A stretch of DNA of 64,000 bases from Paucihalobacter sp. Its GTDB lineage: Bacteria > Bacteroidota > Bacteroidia > Flavobacteriales > Flavobacteriaceae. The stretch is from contig NZ_DAISXK010000011.1 of assembly GCF_036825875.1 (NCBI RefSeq), forward strand, positions 3,537 through 67,536. Reading direction: 5' to 3'. Shown piece by piece: positions 58,080 to 64,000 of this stretch. Within the stretch, counting starts at the first letter, position 1; every line of letters starts with the position of its first letter. The translations under genes were made by a program, and so were the position numbers. The notes beneath the pieces are model-generated. The model worked only from the letters and a program-made list of their open reading frames with translations, did not search any database and was not told the DNA's origin.

Positions 58080-59639
58080 ATGAACCATATAAATATTCTT
58101 TGGGTTGACGATGAAATCGATTTATTAAAACCACACATCCTTTTTTTAGAAAAAAAACAATACAAAGTAACCACTTGCCAAAGCGGCACTGAGGCTCTAG
58201 AAATACTAGACGATATTAATTTTGATATCGTTTTTTTAGATGAAAACATGCCTGGACTTACGGGCTTAGAAACCCTAAACGAAATAAAAGGGCGTCGTGC
58301 CAACCTTCCTGTGGTGATGATTACCAAAAGTGAAGAAGAATATATTATGGAAGAAGCTATAGGCAATAAAATAGCCGATTACCTAATTAAACCTGTAAAT
58401 CCAAACCAGATTTTACTATCGCTGAAAAAGAACTTAGACCATTCGCGATTGGTATCGGAACGCACCACTTCTAATTACCAGCAAGAATTTAGAAAAATTT
58501 CGATGGATATGGCAATGGTAAATACTTATGAAGAATGGGCCGAACTCTATCGAAAATTGCTTTACTGGGAATTACAATTAGAAGATATTGAAGATATTGG
58601 AATGACTGAGATTTTAGAATCTCAAAAAACCGAAGCCAATTTACAGTTTGGGAAATTTATCGAAAAGAATTATCAACAGTGGTTTGAAAATCCAAAATCG
58701 GCACCAGTGATGTCGCATACCTTGTTTAGAGAGAAAATAATGCCCGAAATAAGTAAAGAACAACCAACCTTATTGATTGTGGTTGACAATTTACGTTACG
58801 ACCAATGGAAAGCTTTTGAGCCTGTGGTGAATAATTATTACAAAAAAGCATCTGAGATTCCGTTTTACAGTATTTTACCAACCGCCACACAATATGCACG
58901 AAACGCTATATTCTCGGGATTAATGCCGAGCGATATGGAAAAATTGCATCCACAATATTGGAAAAACGATACGGACGATGGCGGCAAAAATCTTTTTGAA
59001 GCTGAGTTTTTAGAATCGCAATTAAAGCGTTTAGGTATGGGAGATTTAAAAGTTGAATACCATAAAATAACCAATTTAAAAAACGGCAAAAAGATAGCTG
59101 AAAACTTTAAATCTCAAAAAGATAACGATTTAACTGTGGTAGTTTATAATTTTGTGGATATGTTGTCGCACTCCAAAACAGAAATGGATGTGGTGAAAGA
59201 GTTGGCTTCTAACGATAAGGCTTACCGCAGTTTAACCCTAAGTTGGTTTAAAAACTCTCCGTTGCTTGAGATCATTCAACAAGCGCAACAACTTGGTTTT
59301 AAATTGATTCTCACTACTGATCACGGTACTATCAATGTAAAAAATCCTTCCAAAGTGATTGGCGATCGCGATACCAGTTTAAATCTGCGTTATAAAACAG
59401 GCCGAAGTCTTACTTACCAAGATAAAGATGTAATGGCTGTTAAAAACCCTAAAAGCATTCATCTGCCTTCTATGAGTATGAATAGTTCGTTTGTATTTGC
59501 AAAAGGTGATTTGTTTTTGGCCTATCCAAACAATTATAACCATTATGTTAGTTATTATCGCAATAGCTATCAACATGGTGGTATAAGTTTAGAAGAGATG
59601 ATTATTCCGTTTGTGGTGTTGCAACCTAAGCAGAAATAG
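58080..59639 (+). CDS. porX: response regulator with PglZ (alkaline-phosphatase-superfamily) output domain, PorX-type T9SS regulator
   Basis: I place the start at MNHINILWVDDE (58080), not 58062. The receiver domain has the acidic pocket DDE, the phospho-acceptor FLDENMPG and IKP. The C-terminal ~390 aa form a PglZ domain (VVDNLRYDQW...TATQYARNAIFSG...DMLSH...TTDHGT...HGGISLEE). It sits in the conserved Bacteroidota position, divergent from HD-lpxD. Confidence 0.85.
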   Translation: MNHINILWVDDEIDLLKPHILFLEKKQYKVTTCQSGTEALEILDDINFDIVFLDENMPGLTGLETLNEIKGRRANLPVVMITKSEEEYIMEEAIGNKIADYLIKPVNPNQILLSLKKNLDHSRLVSERTTSNYQQEFRKISMDMAMVNTYEEWAELYRKLLYWELQLEDIEDIGMTEILESQKTEANLQFGKFIEKNYQQWFENPKSAPVMSHTLFREKIMPEISKEQPTLLIVVDNLRYDQWKAFEPVVNNYYKKASEIPFYSILPTATQYARNAIFSGLMPSDMEKLHPQYWKNDTDDGGKNLFEAEFLESQLKRLGMGDLKVEYHKITNLKNGKKIAENFKSQKDNDLTVVVYNFVDMLSHSKTEMDVVKELASNDKAYRSLTLSWFKNSPLLEIIQQAQQLGFKLILTTDHGTINVKNPSKVIGDRDTSLNLRYKTGRSLTYQDKDVMAVKNPKSIHLPSMSMNSSFVFAKGDLFLAYPNNYNHYVSYYRNSYQHGGISLEEMIIPFVVLQPKQK

Positions 59640-59799
59640 CACTTATTCAATTAATATTCATATTTTTATGTAATTTTTAATCGGTTTTCAGCTTATTAAA
59701 AAATCTATTAAAGGCAAAAATATCCGATGAAATGCATAGTTTTTTAGGATAATCCAATTATTCTATGTAATATTGTAGTGTAAAAATCGGATTTAACTC

Positions 59800-60222
59800 G
59801 TGGAAATTGTTTACAAACTTCAAGAAATTAACCAAGTAGCGCAGAACATTGTTGAGGCCTTAGGCGCCAAAGTACTGTGTTTTTATGGCGATATGGGTAG
59901 TGGTAAAACTACCTTTATCAAAGCTTTGGTTGCTGCCTTGGGAAGTACGGATACAGTGAGTAGTCCAACGTTTTCCATAGTAAACGAATACTGCACACCT
60001 ACGAGTAAAATATTTCATTTTGATCTATACCGTGTAAAAGATATAGAAGAACTGTATCAAATAGGTATAGAAGATTACCTAGAAAGCGATGCTTGGATAT
60101 TTATTGAATGGCCACAAGTAATAGAAGATTTATTACCAGAAATGCTTACAGCCTTTCATTTTACGGCTATAGATAATGACCATCGCAGCCTCAAATTAAC
60201 CGAAAACTATTGTTTAACCTAA
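59800..60222 (+). CDS. tsaE: tRNA t6A37 biosynthesis ATPase TsaE
   Basis: 140 aa with a GTG start, the P-loop GDMGSGKTTF, and SPTFSIVNEY and HFDLYR motifs. Confidence 0.88.
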   Translation: MEIVYKLQEINQVAQNIVEALGAKVLCFYGDMGSGKTTFIKALVAALGSTDTVSSPTFSIVNEYCTPTSKIFHFDLYRVKDIEELYQIGIEDYLESDAWIFIEWPQVIEDLLPEMLTAFHFTAIDNDHRSLKLTENYCLT

Positions 60223-60411
60223 TAAAACGCTTAAATGCAGTAAAAAAATGTTAAAGTTTTAGGCAACCTGCCCCAGTGTATTGCTAAAGAGTACGGAAAA
60301 ACCGTAACATTCATAGGACTTAGTTAATTTATCTTAACATTTCATTAACAGTTGAAGGCTGTCGTGAAAGTTAACTTTGTAGTATAATTAATTAATTAAA
60401 TCCCTTGAATT

Positions 60412-60552
60412 ATGAAAACAAAAAGATTAGTATTAGCAATTGCAATTTTCGGTGGTGTGTTGTTCACTGCACAAGCAATAAACATTGATTTAAATGAGCA
60501 AACTACAACACAAATCGACAAGACTAGAGTCAAATTGGCTCCACAAGGATAA
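60412..60552 (+). CDS. possible small secreted peptide (46 aa)
   Basis: MKTKRLVLAIAIFGGVLFTAQA-INIDLNEQTTTQIDKTRVKLAPQG is a textbook Sec signal peptide with an AQA cleavage site. It is below the ORF-track size cutoff and overlaps the start of 60494..61048 by 59 nt in another frame. Confidence 0.35.
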   Translation: MKTKRLVLAIAIFGGVLFTAQAINIDLNEQTTTQIDKTRVKLAPQG

Positions 60553-61048
60553 GAAGCTAAGTCGAAAGGCAATTATATTAGGGAGTATTGTAGGTACACT
60601 TGTAGCTGCAACTCCCTTTTTGTTTTATTTATACATTTTTATTCCAGATGAAGTTATCTGGGAAAATTTCCTTTTTACATATAAAAGCGGCTTTTACGAA
60701 AGCGCACAGATTGGAATGTGGATGATCTTAGGTAAGGTAATTCCCGTCCTACTTTTATTTATTTGGTTTTTCACTTGTAAACACTGGTGGTACCATGCTA
60801 TAATTGTGCCAATTGCAATGTATAGTTATCAAATAGCTGGAATTATTAATTCTGAAAGTAGACATTTCGATGAATTCAAATTAATGTATTTAGTGCCTTT
60901 AATGGCCATTATTATTCCTTCTATTTATTTAATCCGGGCTCAAATGTTTAATAAATTAAATGACGCTGGAAAAACTATGGAAGAATTAGAAGCTGAGTTT
61001 ATGATTAAACCCACTACTGTTTGGGGTAAGGTGAAACAGTTTTTTTAA
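60494..61048 (+). CDS. hypothetical integral membrane protein
   Basis: 184 aa with four hydrophobic helices and no recognisable family motif. Confidence 0.6.
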   Translation: MSKLQHKSTRLESNWLHKDKKLSRKAIILGSIVGTLVAATPFLFYLYIFIPDEVIWENFLFTYKSGFYESAQIGMWMILGKVIPVLLLFIWFFTCKHWWYHAIIVPIAMYSYQIAGIINSESRHFDEFKLMYLVPLMAIIIPSIYLIRAQMFNKLNDAGKTMEELEAEFMIKPTTVWGKVKQFF

Positions 61049-61117
61049 AACTTATAAAGTTTCAGTGCCACTAATTTTTATCGATACAACCCTTTTATTA
61101 CAGATTCCTTTTATTTA

Positions 61118-61208
61118 GCCACGAAGGGAGCACAAAGTCCGCACAAAGACACGAAGGAAAAGTAACACTTTGTGATCTTCGTATAGATCTTAGCGACCTT
61201 TGTGGTTA
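61118..61208. repeat. CACGAAG/CACAAAG hairpin repeat unit (same family as 14681-14906)
   Basis: The arm ccacgaagggagcacaaagtccgcacaaagacacgaagg, a spacer, then the inverse arm actttgtgatcttcgtatagatcttagcgacctttgtgg. The arms are imperfect inverse complements. Confidence 0.75.
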
Positions 61209-61290
61209 AAAAATATACCAAACCATTTTTCATATTACACTTGCGCCATTTAAATTATTATCCGTAATTTGAGTTATCAATTTAACTTAA

Positions 61291-62490
61291 ATGAGCAAAT
61301 CACTTTCTCCTTTTACCCGCGAGCAATTATTGCCGCAAGAAGAAACCCTTGAAGTTTACAATAAAAAAGGTGCTCTGTTTATCGGGCTTCCCAAAGAAAC
61401 GCATTTTCAAGAAAAAAGGGTTTGCCTCACGCCAGACGCCGTGTCGGCATTGGTTGCCAATGGTCACCGCGTTATGATAGAAAGTGGTGCTGGCATTGGT
61501 GCGCATTTTAGCGATAAGGAATACAGCGAAGCCGGAGCCGAAGTAATCAAAGACCGTGAAAAGGTGTTCTCCTGCCCTATTATTTTGAAAGTTGAGCCAC
61601 CATCGCAAGAAGAAATCTCTTTACTCAATCCGCAAACACTACTTATTTCTGCTCTGCAGCTAAAAACGCGCAATAAAAAATATTTTGAAGCTTTGGCCAC
61701 CAAACGCGTGACCGCTTTGGCATTCGAATTTATAAAAGACGAAGACGGTGCCTATCCCGCGGTACGTTCGCTAAGCGAAATTGCCGGTACAGCATCGGTT
61801 TTAATTGCATCGGAATTACTATCCAATATTAACGGTGGAAACGGACTGCTCTTTGGAAATATCAATGGCGTCCCACCTATTGAAATTGTTATATTAGGCG
61901 CAGGTACTGTGGGCGAATTTGCCGCACGGTCTGCATTAGGACTTGGCGCTAATATCAAAGTTTTTGACAGTAATATCACCAAATTACGTTGTTTACAAGT
62001 TAGTTTAGGAAGAAACATTTACACCTCAACCATGCAGCCCAAAAGTTTGATGAAAGCTTTGAAACGTTGCGATGTTGCTATTGGTGCCATAAGAGGTAAC
62101 AACCGAGCGCCTGTGGTTGTTACAGAAGATATGGTGAACCACATGAAATCAGGTTCCGTTATTATTGATGTGAGTATAGATATGGGTGGTTGTTTCGAAA
62201 CCAGCGAAATTACCACCCACGACCACCCTACTTTTGATTACCAAGGCATCACCCATTATTGTGTACCAAATATTCCTGCGCGTTATTCGCGAACCGCTTC
62301 GGTATCCATCAGTAATATTTTTACACCGTACTTATTAAATATTTCAGATAATGGCGGTATTGAACCTGCATTGCGTTTTGATCGTGGTTTGCGAAATGGT
62401 TTGTACTTTTACCACGGCATTTTAACAAGTAAATCTGTTGCCGAATGGTACGGATTGAATTATAGCGATGCCAATCTGTTAATATTTTAA
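61291..62490 (+). CDS. ald: alanine dehydrogenase / PNT-family NAD(H)-binding dehydrogenase
   Basis: 399 aa with AlaDH/PNT N-domain motifs (KETHFQEKRVCLTPD, GAGIGAHFSD.EY) and the Rossmann motif ILGAGTVGEFAA. Confidence 0.8.
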   Translation: MSKSLSPFTREQLLPQEETLEVYNKKGALFIGLPKETHFQEKRVCLTPDAVSALVANGHRVMIESGAGIGAHFSDKEYSEAGAEVIKDREKVFSCPIILKVEPPSQEEISLLNPQTLLISALQLKTRNKKYFEALATKRVTALAFEFIKDEDGAYPAVRSLSEIAGTASVLIASELLSNINGGNGLLFGNINGVPPIEIVILGAGTVGEFAARSALGLGANIKVFDSNITKLRCLQVSLGRNIYTSTMQPKSLMKALKRCDVAIGAIRGNNRAPVVVTEDMVNHMKSGSVIIDVSIDMGGCFETSEITTHDHPTFDYQGITHYCVPNIPARYSRTASVSISNIFTPYLLNISDNGGIEPALRFDRGLRNGLYFYHGILTSKSVAEWYGLNYSDANLLIF

Positions 62491-62502
62491 GTCACTTATT
62501 TT

Positions 62503-62880
62503 ATGAAGTTTATACATCGTTTGGGCTATTATCTCGGCGGTTTTGCCATTGGTTTGGTGATTCTTGCCTTTTTTTTGAATGGTAAGGATGCCTCTTGCGA
62601 CTACACACCAAACGCCCGTACCACTAAGTTTTTATCCAAATTACCGAAAACCTATTCAGAATCATCTGAACAATTTTTGATTGACAAGGAGATTGATTCT
62701 AGTACTTTAAATAATCTGATTCGATTTGGAGATGTGGATTTTAAAAATAGCAATACCAAAGGCGAACCTTGCAAGACTTATTATATCGATTCAAAATTGA
62801 AAGAGGAATTCATCAGACTTCATATTGAAAATTGTGACGAAAAGGTTAAGATTCTCATTATGGAAAGCATTCTTGATTAA
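62503..62880 (+). CDS. hypothetical membrane-anchored protein
   Basis: 125 aa with one N-terminal TM helix (YLGGFAIGLVILAFFL). Starts 12 nt after the ald stop. Confidence 0.5.
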   Translation: MKFIHRLGYYLGGFAIGLVILAFFLNGKDASCDYTPNARTTKFLSKLPKTYSESSEQFLIDKEIDSSTLNNLIRFGDVDFKNSNTKGEPCKTYYIDSKLKEEFIRLHIENCDEKVKILIMESILD

Positions 62881-63036
62881 ATTCAGTATTGGTTGTTGTA
62901 TATTAAGATTAATTATGTATCTATTTGATTTTTTGGTGCATACAACACTACAGGACTTGAAACTTACGAATATTATATTATCTCACTTTTTACAGTAATC
63001 TTACATCGCTTTTATTAAAGTAGAATTATTCTAATT

Positions 63037-63094
63037 AAGCCAGGGGTGGGCTTATCCATGGCTTTACTATGGACTAAGTATGGAGCATCCATAG
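63037..63094 (-). repeat. intergenic conserved element, copy B (partner of 6932-6996)
   Basis: The reverse complement reads ...gctccatacttagtccatagtaaagccatggataagcccacccctggctt. It matches copy A at 36 of 42 positions in the core and has the same aagcc/ggctt hairpin. It lies about 230 nt downstream of the minus-strand T9SS gene. Confidence 0.6.
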
Positions 63095-63320
63095 AATAAT
63101 CTTCTATTTGTTACCATGCACGCACTATTGATATGTGATCTTCCCATAGGTTGAAGACAACCAGACTTAAATTAAATATTTACTTTCTTAATTTAATAAT
63201 TTCTCCAGATTGTACTCCAGCCTGTTGCTGGCAAGGATCATCGCTGAGTTTTTGTTGGCGCAAATCTGCGAAATCTGCGGGAAATTTTCTCAAGTTTACT
63301 TAAAGAACAAGAGATAAAGT

Positions 63321-64000
63321 TTACTGAATTAGGATTTTCTTAGTAATTACCCGCAACTCATCTTCGAGTCGCACAAAATACAAACCAGTCTGAAAATTGG
63401 TAACATCAATCTGCTTTTCAAAATTATAAGGCTGATTGGTTTCTTCAAGTACTTCGGAGAATAGTAATTTACCAGCCAAATCAAACATTTTCAGATTTGA
63501 AATATTAACCACCCCATTTAATTGAATATACAAGGTTTCGAAAGCCGGATTTGGATATACCTGAAATGCAAAAGTTAAATCTTCATTATCATCCGGTAGA
63601 ATAACGGTTTGACATTGTTGGTCGACCACTACCATCACGGTAGCTTCATCAAAATCGAGTTCGTTAAAAACAGTTACGGTATACAAGGTAGTTTCCTCTG
63701 GCGCTACTTCTATGGTCTGTGTAGTTTCACCTGTGCTCCATAAATAATCGTCGCCGCCAGTTGCTGTTAATGTTGCTGTTTCTTGTGGACAAATTGTGAC
63801 ATCGTTTCCTGCATTGGCCAATACGCGTTCTAACACGTTTACGGTAATTTCTTTTTCGTCGGAACAATCATTAATAAAACCCGTAACCCGATAGATTGTG
63901 GTGGCACTCGGACTCACAGCGATGTTTGGCTGTGTAGCCCCATTATTCCATTGATATGAATTGGCGCCCGTGGCTGACAGCGTTATGAAGTTTCCTTCTA
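63321..64000 (-). CDS. T9SS C-terminal-sorting-domain protein with tandem Ig-like repeats; 5' end beyond the window
   Basis: The frame stays open upstream of the ORF-track start (GTG at 63917) to the window edge: ...EGNFITLSATGANSYQWNNGATQPNIAVSPSATTIYRVTG. The repeat pattern L(S/T)ATG..Y.W..G.T..I.V.P..T.Y.VT occurs at least twice. The C-terminus (FQVYPNPAFETLYIQ...GLYFVRL) matches the T9SS CTD. Confidence 0.8.
   Translation of the reverse strand, partial: EGNFITLSATGANSYQWNNGATQPNIAVSPSATTIYRVTGFINDCSDEKEITVNVLERVLANAGNDVTICPQETATLTATGGDDYLWSTGETTQTIEVAPEETTLYTVTVFNELDFDEATVMVVVDQQCQTVILPDDNEDLTFAFQVYPNPAFETLYIQLNGVVNISNLKMFDLAGKLLFSEVLEETNQPYNFEKQIDVTNFQTGLYFVRLEDELRVITKKILIQ

Noticed and set aside
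58058-58366. 102-aa minus-strand ORF and the 58062 start for porX
   Set aside because: The minus-strand ORF is antisense to the receiver domain of porX. For porX itself, the ATG at 58080 gives the canonical receiver N-terminus (INILWVDDE) without an odd MFKQIY extension that would start 18 nt from the divergent HD gene.
58080-59639. PglZ domain as a marker of a BREX/phage-defence island, and the adjacent HD protein as an anti-phage dNTPase
   Set aside because: The PglZ domain is fused to a response-regulator receiver, which is the PorX architecture. No PglX methyltransferase, BrxC ATPase, BrxL or other BREX components are nearby. The HD gene sits in the conserved housekeeping position next to lpxD.
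1-64000. tRNA or rRNA genes, insertion sequences, integrases, prophage or toxin-antitoxin modules
   Set aside because: No T-loop/acceptor-like GTTCRANYC contexts or rRNA-like GC-rich blocks were seen by eye. No ORF shows transposase (DDE), recombinase, capsid/terminase or typical TA motifs. Scanning by eye is not exhaustive, so tRNAscan-SE or Infernal would be the decisive check.

Overview
AT-rich chromosomal segment (GC looks mid-30s %, judged by eye, not computed). Gene content and order point to a marine Flavobacteriia (Bacteroidota) genome: fused lpxC/fabZ, porX next to an HD-domain gene and lpxD, several T9SS C-terminal sorting domains, and TAnnTTTG -7 boxes. I found no rRNA, tRNA, CRISPR array, transposase, integrase or prophage genes. 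Contents by region:

- **0-2.7 kb:** pflB-pflA, a glycyl-radical pyruvate formate-lyase and its activase.
- **3-17 kb:** redox and peptidase genes (3 SDRs, ALDH, Zn-ADH, OYE reductase, cupin, S9 and S15 peptidases), plus a YtxH three-gene membrane module.
- **18-21 kb:** M28 peptidase, cold-shock-domain protein and an FAD oxidoreductase.
- **22.4-30.5 kb (accessory-looking):** a 4.3-kb T9SS beta-propeller/malectin adhesin gene carrying three in-frame stops, an orphan PurD-like ATP-grasp gene, and a T9SS-sorted vanadium-haloperoxidase/PAP2-like protein.
- **30-39 kb:** small housekeeping and membrane genes.
- **39.2-47.2 kb:** complete hisG-D-C-B-H-A-F-IE operon on the minus strand. It is preceded by a His-rich leader peptide and a terminator, and its intercistronic spacers are full of small palindromic elements.
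- **47-58 kb:** SPFH, VWA, fabG, sucD, lpxD2, efp, lpxA, lpxC/fabZ, lpxD and an HD-domain gene.
- **58-64 kb:** porX, tsaE, ald and a partial T9SS cargo gene.

Most notable observations:

1. The lpxC/fabZ fusion is broken by a short out-of-frame deletion that removes the HKxxDxxGD zinc-ligand motif of LpxC.
2. The giant adhesin gene has exactly one TAG, one TGA and one TAA in frame, with no frameshift.
3. The his operon has a leader-peptide attenuator.
4. Structure-conserved hairpins sit 6-9 nt upstream of three his start codons.
5. Inverted heptamer arrays bracket the 253-nt hisA-hisF spacer.
6. Two further intergenic repeat families are present.

No recognisable defence system or mobile element is visible.
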